Shown here piece by piece: positions 12,623-24,153 of a DNA stretch of 64,000 bases. The DNA is from Octopus sinensis. Its lineage: Eukaryota. The position numbers and the translations under genes were made by a program. A model generated the notes under the pieces. The model did not search any database, was not told the origin of the DNA, and saw nothing but the letters and a program-made list of their open reading frames with translations. Within the stretch, counting starts at the first letter, position 1, and every line of letters starts with the position of its first letter. The DNA is taken from the NCBI RefSeq assembly GCF_006345805.1, contig NC_042999.1:47120001-47184000 (forward strand), given 5' to 3'.

Positions 12623-13902
12623 TCTTTAAAAAAACTCTTGACAAATGCCAAACTTCACACACCACATCCACCCCCAACAGTAAAAAAATGTGCACGCTCA
12701 AACTGTGGTACCTGCCCCTTTCTACTTGAAGGCTCTGAATTTACCTTCAAACAAGGTACGAAGTTTAAAATCAAGACTAACTTCTCCTGTTCCTCCGAGA
12801 ACCTTATCTACGTTCTCACATGCGCTGGTTGCCAACATAATTATGTTGGACAAACGAGTCTCCCGTTACGTAAACGAGTAACGGTGCATAAAGAACAAAT
12901 AAATCTCCCGGAATACCGACAAATTCCACTGAGTGACCACTTAGACTCATGTGCTAAAGACTTAAACCCCAAATTCTATATATTCCCCTTCTACCAATGT
13001 AAAGACGGGATCACCACACGGGAGAGAATTAACAAGGAGAATCTCTTTATTGAAAAATTCCAAACACAACTTAATATGCAAACTCCTCGTTGATCAAACT
13101 TCCTTTCTCTACCTCACTCTTCATGGATGGACTAACACAAATATATAAAGATACCATGCATTCATCACTTCAAGCTAAAACTTATATTCTTTAAATATCA
13201 TTTTTACTATTGTTGTTATTACTGTAATTTTATTATAAATGATATGACAATTTGAAATGCAATTGTCTATGCAGATTTATATTATTAGAAAATAATATAA
13301 ATAATGTGTTAAAATCTGAAAGTTAAGTTAACAAGCAATTATATAAAAAAGATAATGCAAATGAAGCTAAAATGATAGTTTTACAATTTTGGTTTTATTG
13401 AAGAACTCAAAAGAGTTGTCTCCCCTTACCCACAACACAGGAACTGAAGAACCAGGACCACAATTACTACTACTTCCTGTCCTGCAACATGCTGAATTTA
13501 ACAACACAACACATCACATGCTCTTAATCCCTTTGGATCTTAACACCTCAAGGTAATTTTTTGGTAAACAACCATAAAACTCAAGATACACAACGAACTC
13601 ACAATGTATCGGAGAACTTATTTTTTAATTTTTGTACATTTTTATCATTATTCTTTTACAAAAAACAATGCAATTTTCTTTTTTTCCCCTTTCTAATTTT
13701 TAAAATAACTTCTTAAAACATAAATATTCTTGACAAGTCATACAATGACGAAAACCGGTTGAATAAATATATATTATATATTTTATCATTTTCTCATTTT
13801 ATTAAAATTTTCTTTCATTTGAGCATTCTGCATTTTAAAAAAAATTTTTCCTTACTTATCATTTCTCCACGTGCGGTCAACACAACCCCACCATTTATTG
13901 AT
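12623..13902 (+). mobile_element. Inverted pseudo-LTR: reverse-complement copy of the Penelope 3' part (GIY-YIG + 3' UTR)
   Basis: 12623-13859 is the reverse complement of 9080-10317 apart from scattered differences (NFSCSS vs NFCSS, DLNPK vs DLSPK, TTRER vs TTQER). Confidence 0.95.
13725..13765 (+). ncRNA. Hammerhead-like ribozyme motif, U3-A8 variant (Penelope right arm)
   Basis: Same 41-nt motif as 9177-9217. Confidence 0.6.
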
Positions 13903-14169
13903 CTATATATATATATATATACGTATATATACTGACAGAGAGATAGATAGATAGATATGGATATATATGGATGTATATATATATATATATTATGAAGGAG
14001 AGAATTATATCATTGCCGAGGAGATTTTCTTATGGCAGAGAAATGAGTTTTGGCTGTTATTTCTAAATTTCGGTATGTGTTGAAGTATATTTGTTTGCTG
14101 AACCCTAATTGTGATTATACTCATAATTATAAGAATGTATATATATATATATATATAATATATATATAT

Positions 14170-14200
<31 letters not shown>

Positions 14201-14418
14201 CATACATATATATATATATACATACATATATATATATATACATATATATATATAATATATATATATATATTATATATATATATATATATACATATATATA
14301 CATATATATATACATAATATATCATATATATATATATATATATCATATATAGATACATATATATATATATATACATATATATATACATATATATATACAT
14401 ATATATATACATATATAT

Positions 14419-14483
<65 letters not shown>

Positions 14484-15799
14484 GCAGATACATATATGCC
14501 AAACTTTGAACAGAAGATACGCCTACAAAATATGCCACGTGTCATGCATCTGAAGTTAGAAATTTCCTCCTAAGTTATTCATAACTATAGGGTAAAGGAT
14601 GTACGAGATAGGATTGAGATAGCAGCAATATAGGCATTTTACGAAGTTTGCATTCTTATGTAAACGTATCATACATTTAACATTTATGCAGATTCCATAT
14701 TGGTTTAAAGTTGACAGATCACTCGAAATCAGACACTATCCTTGCTAAAAATATTTGTATTGAAAATAGTCATGTCTGTAACAAGAAAGGAGATTCTTTA
14801 TACATGGATACTTGGACTGCATTCAATTCTGTTTATTCTACTTAAGTTATTTAGATAAGTCAACGATTGAGGAACTGGAGAATGTTCCAAGTAAATGAAT
14901 CAATTATGGATATTTTATTTGGCTAGCAGCCAATTCACCATAATTCTTTAACGATTTCATCAGTGATTTTCTTCGTTACTGAAGAATACATCAAAGTTGT
15001 TTTAAATTACATGAATATTTTACGTGCCATTTTAAACTAAATTTTGTTGCCAGTACTATCTTTAAACATGTAACAGCTAATAGAATGCTCTGGCAAAAGT
15101 AAACGAGTTCTCCTCGTAGTATTTTTTCAACTAAAAACATTAGACACTCTACCTGGTTGTTTTGTTGCTAGACAGCGTCGAAAAAAAAGTTTTATTTTTT
15201 GTAATTAGCGCAAACAAATGATGTAAATTGATTTTATCATCAACATGATGAAAAGTACAAAATAATGCATGAATCTGATTTTTTTTTTGTTTTCGCTTTT
15301 GAAAAGTGTTTATCTCAAACATGTAGAACTGGAAAAAAAGCTATTCATAATTAAATATATTTTATAGCATTTATCGCTCTGTATTTTCGTGAAAGCGAAA
15401 TAAAATGTCTAACGAATTCCATTGCAATTAGTCATAGTAAACAGAGGCCATGATACAAACTGACCCGTTTATCGTTTGATGAGATTCATGCAGAATCTGT
15501 ATTCAAAATATACATTAAAGAATTACTTCCTCCGTTAGTTACAGAATCAGGCTGGTTATCTTTTTTATCAATTTTACCATTCTGCGAGATATGAGGATAC
15601 AACGGGAAGGGAAGCCCTTTCAACTTGTTGAATTATCCATAACTGTTTCCGATCTTTATAGTTGAAATCAATCGATTAAAGTAGTAGCGATACTAAAGCG
15701 ATATGAAATATATAATTCATATCAGTAATAAATGTATAACATCTACAATAGTTATAATAGTAATAATAATGGTTCCAGGTTTTGGTAAAATGATAGGTG

Positions 15800-16620
15800 C
15801 TAGGACCACGGAGAACATCCAGGAAATGGCTAACTTCATCTACAAGAGTATTAAGGTACAGTAGATTACCCTAGTAAGCACCCCAATTGCAAACTTCCTG
15901 TTTTATACTCTGAACTCTGGGTGGAAACTAGCAATAACAAGGTCGAAATTCTCCTTTCGCACTATGCCAAATCATGGCCTCCAAAAACCTGGTCCACCGG
16001 AACACAGCAACTACGGATAATATCATAATAGCAGACTTGATAAGAGAAAAGGCCCCTTCATATGTGAAGCAACGGAATTAGAGAGGCACGTACTATATAC
16101 CGCATGCAGTTTTCTGCGTATATCCAAAGAGAGAGGATCAGGGGGTACAAAAGTGTCATGACAGAATTCAAGACCCACTCAGAGGGTGACGCAAATGTAA
16201 TGTGACCGCTACACGGGAGCGAATCATAGAATATCATAGAAGGAACTAAGAGGAAGATAGGTAATGCCAATTGCTGATAGGATAGTCAAAAATACCAGAG
16301 ATTCATGTTCATCGATGTTATCCCTGGAAGTGAACTAGAGGGTCATTTTCTCAAAACTTTAAGTAAAACGAATCTGCGATTAAAGTTTTAGAAAGGCCTG
16401 GAACTCCCACAAAATACCTGATCTGTAGAACATATATATTTAAAAGAGCCATCTGCATTGGTAAGAACTGTATACTGTGTAGAGTAGGCCCACTGATAAA
16501 CAGCAAAATTAGGAATGCAGTTAATATAGTTAGGTGTACAGAGGGACAATGCAGAAACACAGCAGAAACAAACATTGGTTAAAACTCAAGGAAAAGAGAA
16601 AATTGCTAGTGCTATAGCAT
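15800..16620 (+). mobile_element. Heavily decayed Penelope-like fragment (thumb to GIY-YIG), different lineage
   Basis: Residual frames resembling FY.K.MAS, FIDVIPGSELEG, ERPGTP, a Cys-rich linker (CIGKNCILC), and NIG*NSR resembling YIGETSR. Confidence 0.5.
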
Positions 16621-16715
16621 TCTAAAGTAGAACATGAGGCTTGGAAAACAACAGAGATGTTACAATCTTATCGACACAGAAGAGCCACAACACTCAGATA
16701 CATTACGAAACAACA

Positions 16716-16754
<39 letters not shown>

Positions 16755-16974
16755 TCACATACATATATGCAGATGAAAACAAATGCTCAGATAAGGGTTC
16801 ATACTGCAGAAACAAAAATTGCAATAGACAGGGGAAGACAAGAGAGACGAGGAGTCACAAGGAACAGAAAGTAATGGAAGAGGTCATAAATTGTGTGACA
16901 AAAGAACCGTGATAAATGCCTAAGAATAATAAACTAAAGTGAAGATCAAATATGCAGTGATGTATCTTTATTGG

Positions 16975-17106
<132 letters not shown>

Positions 17107-17244
17107 GTGTGAAATATAATACAATACATTAACAATTAAAATAAGCTAAATATTTAATATAGCTAGCCCATCTATTATTATCAAAAATGATTATAATAAT
17201 CAAGTTCATGCTTATGATGGCGACAATGATAATAATACTAATAT

Positions 17245-17700
17245 TGGCTTAAATGTTGCGCAAGTAATATCAGAGGAGGGAGTAAATTAATTACATCGAC
17301 CCAGTACGTAACTGGTACTTATTTTATCGATCCCAAAATGATGAAAGCCAAAGTTGACCTCCGCGGAATTTGAACTCTGAATGTAAAAGTGGGAGAAATG
17401 TCACTAAGTATTTTGCCTAACGATTCTACCAGCTCACCGCCTTATGACAATAATACCATTTCTTTTCTATTATAGGCATAGGGTCTGAAATTATGGTGGA
17501 GGCGCCAACTATAAGACCGACGCAAGTGTGTTACTGGTACTTATTTCATTGACTCCGAAAGGACGAAAGGCAAAGTCGACTCCGAAAGGACGAAAGGCAA
17601 AGTCGACCTCGACGGAGTTTGATCGTACAACGTGTGAACAGACCAAATGCCGCTATGCATTTTCCCGGTGTGCTAACGACTCTACAAGCTCGCCGCTTTC
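17245..17700 (-). mobile_element. Two adjacent degenerate SINE A-type copies
   Basis: gttgacctccgcggaatttgaactc (about 17355) and ggcaaagtcgacctcgacggagtttga (about 17600); the second has a 27-bp internal tandem duplication. Confidence 0.75.
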
Positions 17701-17843
17701 TGATGATAATTATAATATTAATAGCATTAGCAACAACAAGAATAACAAACAGGAGGCATTAAGCACATTGGAAATTTACCGATGTTTTCAAAGTAAAATA
17801 ATGTTGCAATAATGTTGCATAGTCTTATATTGTTATAAATATA

Positions 17844-18346
17844 TTGGGTTGTCTGGAAAGTTTGTGCCGATTTATAGTAGCTTATTTTTCGACTTATTTT
17901 AGAACATGGTTGAGTCCATGAAGTAGAACTTGATTACACCTCCATTTAGAGCATAGTTTAAGCTATCTTTTCGTGGAGCAAGATTTATGTTCCTATAAAC
18001 TGTGTTAATTCTGTAATTCATTTTCAGCACTTGATGCTTTGGGAACCAGACAAAAATTGATGCAGCTTGGCTGGGATGGATTTCCACTTATTCAGGTCTC
18101 TGCAGAATAGTCTTCATTATAAAAACTTCAATTCCTTGAATGACGTAAAAAGATACCTTGATGAATTATTTTCCATGAAACTACCACAATTCTGGGAAGA
18201 GGGATGTTCAAGTAGTTAAAGGAAAGATGGAGACGCATTGTGCAACAAAATGGTTCATATTTGGTTGATTAAAAATATAATGGCAAGTATTTATTGATCT
18301 TTTTTCTTTCCTTTAAAAATCGGCGCGAACTTTCCGGACAACCCAA
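17844..18346 (+). mobile_element. Internally deleted mariner transposon (MITE-like)
   Basis: TIRs ttgggttgtctggaaagtttgtgccgattt / aaatcggcgcgaactttccggacaacccaa flanked by TA (17842-43, 18347-48); C-terminal transposase relic NFNSLNDVKRYLDE..ERWRRIVQQNGSYLVD*. Confidence 0.9.
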
Positions 18347-18739
18347 TACATTTCTCTTAAAACAAATGTCATAACTGAAGTCAGCAGGAACAGCAAGTAC
18401 ATCTGAGCATAACATGAGTCATTTATAAAGCTTTGACAGTATATCCTTGCGTGGATACTGAAAACACTAGTACTATGAACAAGAGTACCTTAACAATAAC
18501 GAAGCGTTATATAGTTAGGAATACTGTGAATATAGAGTCATATGGCCGTATGCTATCAGAAAGCCATTACCAACTATTCAATTTAGGGATAAAATATATC
18601 TAATGATGATTAATGGAAACCTACCAAAAAGAAAAATTTCGGTAATGACCAAATGTCGGAAATTGCCAAAAACGTCCTACGCTAAATACAAGTTTAAATA
18701 TTCCGCGAGAAAGTGAGGGCAAGCAAAGTCCTAACATGG

Positions 18740-19040
18740 CTAATAACTGAAACGTGCTGAAAAGGAGAGAAGTATACAAGAAAACGTTTGAAAATTAAAT
18801 GAAAAATAACAAGATTGAGTTTCCACGGAGACTGAAGAATTATTGAATGCGGGACCGCATTAAGACCTAGCCACAAGAAACCACACAAAAACTGTAATGA
18901 GACAGAATGCAACAGCTGCAGAATATGCGCATTTTGGAACGATACAATTAATGACATTTTGGCTGACTATTCAGTTTTAGTCAAGAAATAAGATCAACAG
19001 TGAAGGCATCATTAGGACTTATAGTACAAGGAAAGCGATA
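18740..19040 (+). mobile_element. Decayed R4/Dong-like non-LTR retrotransposon fragment
   Basis: TETEELLNAGPH*DLATRNH resembles ETEGLLIAAQDQ.L.TRNY; CRICAFWNDTINDILADYSVLVKK is a zinc-knuckle relic. Confidence 0.6.
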
Positions 19041-19369
19041 TATATAATACGAGCAAAACGCCCCTCGTCCAATAGACGGTGCTGATTGTCAAACATTTAA
19101 ACCAAATGTTCTCAAAACAACATTTCCGACCATCCCATAGGGTTCCCCTTTGAGATACACTGATTTAACGTAAATTTGAGACACCAGCAAAAGAAGAAAT
19201 AAAGATAGACTTTTCTGTTCCAAAGAAAAACGATTTTATTCACACAAATATGCAACCGAAGAGTTTAAAGTACCAGTAAGTACATCGCAACAGCTGATGT
19301 ACTTGCGCGTACAAATCAAATACACGTTTACACGGCTTTATCGATCGCATTCTTACCTGGAATCGATTT

Positions 19370-19500
19370 TTATAGTTTTTTCAAGACTTTTACACGCTCT
19401 GATACCGTCGGTATCCACATATGAAATTTGAGCGCAATCGGATGGAAGATGCCCGAGATCCTAGAAGACACACACAGAAGCGATTTTGTATAATAGATGA
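19370..19500 (+). mobile_element. Possible non-autonomous Helitron/DINE-1-like 3' end
   Basis: ccacatatgaaatttgagcgcaatcggatg..cccgagatcctagaagacacacacag..gattttgtataatagat resembles the layout of insect HINE/Lep1 ends; recognised by pattern only. Confidence 0.3.
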
Positions 19501-19900
19501 GATCAAAGTAATGTACAGTACATTCTTGCCAAAAACTATTTCCTAATCGCAGTATCAATTGTAATGTGCGATAACGAACTCTTGAAGAAATAGAACATTT
19601 CAAATATATTTATCTAGATATAGAAAGATAGGTACATGTAGGTTGAAAGCAGAAACAATCCCTAATCTAGGAAGTGCCTTGATAACAAAAAATAATGCAT
19701 AGAAATATAAAAACAATTAAATAAAAAAAATAGAACAACATATAAGAATTAACACTACTGAGAATTACATACATATTTTGGGGCGGACCACATTTTATTA
19801 TATCCGAAACTACAACGCCAAGTAAGTCATCTCCGTTTAGCCAAGAAATACAGTCGTGTGCTTTTAGTGAGTGAGATTATTGAATAACAATGATTACTTA

Positions 19901-20040
19901 GTAGCAGCAGTAGTAGTAGTAGTAGTAGCAGCAGTAGTAGTATTAGTAGTACTAGCAGTAGTAGTAGTAGCAGTAGTAGTAGAAGTAGCAGTATTAGTAG
20001 TACTAACAGTGGTAGCAGTAGCAGCAGCAGCAGCAGTTGT
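19901..20040. repeat. (AGT)n/(AGC)n compound microsatellite
   Basis: Direct reading. Confidence 0.95.
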
Positions 20041-21350
20041 ATATAACATCAGTGGAAGACCTGAGATTTGATGGGAAGCATTAGTCTGTTAAATCGACTC
20101 CTCACCTTCATTAATGCTTTACTTTATCGTGCCTGGAAGGATGAAAGAGAAAGCTGATTCGGTGATTCTGAAACTGAGAAAGTAAAGAGCCGCAGGAAAT
20201 ACCATATGACATTTTGTCAGACGCTCTAATGATTCTGCTGCTTAAAAAGTATATCATCAATTAATATTAATAATGCTAGCGGGGGAGATTAGAAAAGAGT
20301 GTGTGTGTGTGTGGGGGGGGGTGACTACTGTGAATATTTTTGCTGCTGCAGTTGATGCGTATGCTCTCAGCGATCTATGTTATGATCGTATTTTTCTTCT
20401 CCCATAATAATAATAATTATGTTAAAAGAACAGAAAGGCAAAGTTATGATATTAATATATCACCTACCAACCGGATTTAGCGCATTATTTTGGCCATTAC
20501 TGAAAAATAATCACACCATTTAACAGATAAGCCCAGCGGAAAATTTAGCGGCGAGGGACGAATCGAAGTGATACAGTATCGCTAACAGTTATTGGTTATT
20601 TGTATATGGAGTTCTTCAGTATTTCAATCTACCTAAAAGAACAAGCTAGGTGATATTTTAATAAAACCAATTGCGTGTGCTTATCTGCATCAACTTGAGT
20701 GGAAACTGGAAAACAAAAGAACGGAAAATGTAATAAATCTATAATTATACTTCTCATATGAAAAAGCTGATTCTGTGTAGAAACCTAACGGATTTCTATA
20801 TTAAATGATTATCTAATTATTAGATATTAGAAAAAATGCTAAAAAAAAGCAAAACAAATATAATAATTATAAACGAAATACAATCGATTCGTCGTTATTG
20901 CGATATTGCTATCTGTTCAATATCCTTTTAGCCAAATTAGGTCAATAGTTGTGTGAGAGGTCAAGAACTAAGCAAATTAGATCAGATTCATTGTTCAGAT
21001 TCCATGTAAAGAGAGCTATGCTAAACGAAAGTTATATATTTCTACTATTTATAACAAGCAATCACGCCATACATCCGAATATAATTACGGGCAAGTTAGC
21101 AGAAAAAAAATATATATAGCAGTTATAGAGATATGGAAACAGATTTGCAGCACTAATAGGAACAATAAGAGCACAATACTCATGCACGCGTACATACAGA
21201 ATCAATCATATATGCGTGTGTATGTGTGTGTTTGTATGTGTGTCTGTACGCAGAGACACTTATGTAGTATACATAAATACGTATGTATATGTATACACAC
21301 ACACACAACACACACACATATATATATATATAGATATTATATATATATAT

Positions 21351-21389
<39 letters not shown>

Positions 21390-21579
21390 GATGTATATAT
21401 ATATATATATATATACATTATATATATATAATATAGAATTATATATATATACATATATATATATATATACATAGATATATTATACATATATATAAATTAT
21501 ATGTGTATAATATATATATAATATATATTATATATGAATAAATGAAAGAATGGAGTCGAACGAAGATGTTAAGAAAATT

Positions 21580-21672
21580 CCTTTACTCTCGACATATGTT
21601 TCGAAGACAGCATGCTTTCATTCCAAAGGAATAAAGGGTGCATTATGCAATCTTCTCATCAGGAAAGAAAGG
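21580..21672 (-). ncRNA. Type I hammerhead ribozyme, canonical core
   Basis: Minus strand CCTTTCTTTC-CTGATGA-GAAGATTGCAT..ATGCTGTCTTC-GAAA-CATATG-TC-GAGAG(T)AAAGG; GUC triplet, palindromic ACATATGT stem III. Confidence 0.85.
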
Positions 21673-22344
21673 GAGACTCTCTCGACAACAAGACAAACAA
21701 AAATTTCGATGATTGCCTACATGGTAAACAAAGCGATAATGAGTGTTTTTTTAAAAAAAACCGTTAGAAGAATTGACGTCAAAGATAGCTAGTAGGAAGA
21801 GAAGGGATAAAGTAATAATAGGTAGGGAACAGTATGTTTGCTGTATGCATGGAAATGTGTGAGTGTGTGCTTGTATTAATGAGTGCGTATGTTTGTGTGT
21901 GTGTATAACGGCATTAGTGTCTGTGTGTGTGATTGTGTGTGTGAGAGAGATACAGATGTCAAAGATAGATAGTAGGAAGAGAAAGGAAAAAGGAATAATA
22001 GGTAGGGAACAAGTGGAGAGGGAGGGTACGTTGATTGAAAGAATTTCTCTATAGGAGTGGGGCGGACATAAAGCTAATTTTTCAAACCACAGTGACTATC
22101 GTTATCATTTATGAGTAGAAAGTGTGTTTCTACCAGTGTTTACATTTGTATTTTTTCTATAAATGTGTTTACTAGGGGAACCTTAGAGAAAAGAATATGG
22201 AAGAGCTCAGAGTTACAAATGTTACTATCTATCTTTGACGTCAATTCTTCTAACGATTTTTAAAAGAAAAACACTCATTATCGCTTTGTTTACCATGTAG
22301 GCAATCATCGAAATTTTTGTTTGTCTTGTTGTCGAGAGAGGCTC

Positions 22345-22437
22345 CCTTTCTTTCCTGATGAGAATATTGCATAATGCACCCCTTATTTTTTGGGAATGAA
22401 AACATGCTGTCTTCGAAACATATGTCGAGAGTAAAGG
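22345..22437 (+). ncRNA. Type I hammerhead ribozyme, canonical core
   Basis: CTGATGA at 22355-22361, GAAA at 22415-22418, predicted cleavage after C22426; one extra mismatch in stem II compared with the left copy. Confidence 0.8.
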
Positions 22438-22674
22438 AATTTTGTTAACTTCTTCGTTCGACTCCATTCTTTCATTTATTCATATACAACACACAAATTT
22501 CTGCACATGAACACGGAGTTTCTACCCTTGACAGGTCGCTTCAACCGTGTTTCTGACGTGAATTTGCTACCCAGGTTTCGGTTAAACGAATTTTCTATGC
22601 TGACGATAAACATAAGATAATTCATTCACCTACTTATATATATATGTATATATATATATATAATATATATAATA

Positions 22675-22709
<35 letters not shown>

Positions 22710-22795
22710 ATATATGTATGTTATATATATGTATGTGTATGTATTTATATAATACATATAAAACATATATATATGTATATTTTATATTGCATATA

Positions 22796-22835
<40 letters not shown>

Positions 22836-23189
22836 TATATGTACATATATATATATGTATATATATGCATATATGTACATATATAATATAATATATATAT
22901 AATAATATAATATATATATATATATATATATATAGGGAAAAGTTAATGAGAACGTGCATTACATAAATAACATTTCCAGGATATATATATATATATATAT
23001 ATTCGTACCTGAATATTACATATGTGGTGTGTATGTGTGGGTGCGTGTGTGCGTGTGTGTAATATTTTATGTTTCTTTTATCCGGAGCTACAGCTATTCG
23101 CAAAGATTTATAAACACTTGGACGCATTGTGCTCGCCTCCTTCCTTGCAAACCGATCACGAATATCGTCCTTAATTTCGGTTTCTCCTG

Positions 23190-23830
23190 GAGTCTTTGAC
23201 GGTTTCTTTCATTGAATCATCAAATCTTTTCCCCGTTGCACCAGTACGGTGGCTTCCATAAGCAAATTCAAAATACAAGATTGTCAATGAAAGTTTAAAT
23301 TGAAGCATTCTAACGACGTGTCTGTCCCAAATCATTTGTATTATTTTCAGCCTACCAAACTGGGACATAAGTTGAGAACCTCTGTATTCAGAATTTATTC
23401 TACCGTTTCCATGTTTGGAATCAGCCCTTTTAAATATATTAGGAAATGATTATGCTCTTTAGCATAGGATCGGTACACGATACACGTTTCCCAAAATAGT
23501 GATTTGAGAGAACGACTACATTGTATGCTTTGAATTTGAAATAGATGGCCAGATGCTTGCTGGAGTCTTCTGATGTAAGTAATGAACAGTCGTCAGCACA
23601 CAGCTGTATAAGTTATTTTAGATGCCTAATTTTCGTTTTTACTTGCAATCTGCAGAGTTAGATAATTTGTAATCGTACATGTATCCAGTTTCAGTTCCAG
23701 GAAGAAGAATTTTGAATGTCTCTTGCCTCATTGGCCAAAATATAGTGAAAGCTGTAGATGCAAATGTACAACACTATTTCACAAAATTTGTGCCTGAAAT
23801 TGTTATAAATATGTCTTTATTACTCGTAAT
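23190..23830 (-). mobile_element. Decayed RTE-clade LINE fragment (RT to C-terminus)
   Basis: Relics ADDCSLL, KAYNVVVLS, NTEVL, WDRHVVRM..FAYGSHRTGATGKRFDDSMK, resembling RTE WAGHVVRM..GKRSRGGQRKRFKD. Confidence 0.7.
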
Positions 23831-24119
23831 ATCGACGTCTATATCTTTATCAAACTCGCACACCACTTGCACGAGCATTAATCTATTACTTTAATCGCAG
23901 TTTACCTTACAATATATACAAGCATATATGCAGTTCCAAAATCGAGCCAAGAACTTGGGCGATTTTATAGAACAATACCTACATCATGCACACATGCCCA
24001 CCTACACCCACACACGCGCGCACACACACACGCATATATGTGTGTAACTATGTAAGCTTCTATCTCTCTCTCACTCTCTCTCTCGCTCTCTCTCTCTCTC
24101 TATATATATATATACACAC

Positions 24120-24153
<34 letters not shown>

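Larger units (their letters stand above)
21531..22486. mobile_element. Non-coding foldback element: 264-bp inverted arms each carrying a hammerhead ribozyme (non-autonomous PLE/retrozyme-like)
   Basis: 21531-21794 is the reverse complement of 22223-22486 with roughly 14 differences by my count; spacer about 430 bp with a 55-bp internal direct duplication. Confidence 0.85.

Noticed and set aside
21550-22467. Two near-identical 80-aa ORFs (MESNE..) suggesting a duplicated small gene
   Set aside because: They lie antisense to the hammerhead motifs in inverted repeat arms; no recognisable protein family
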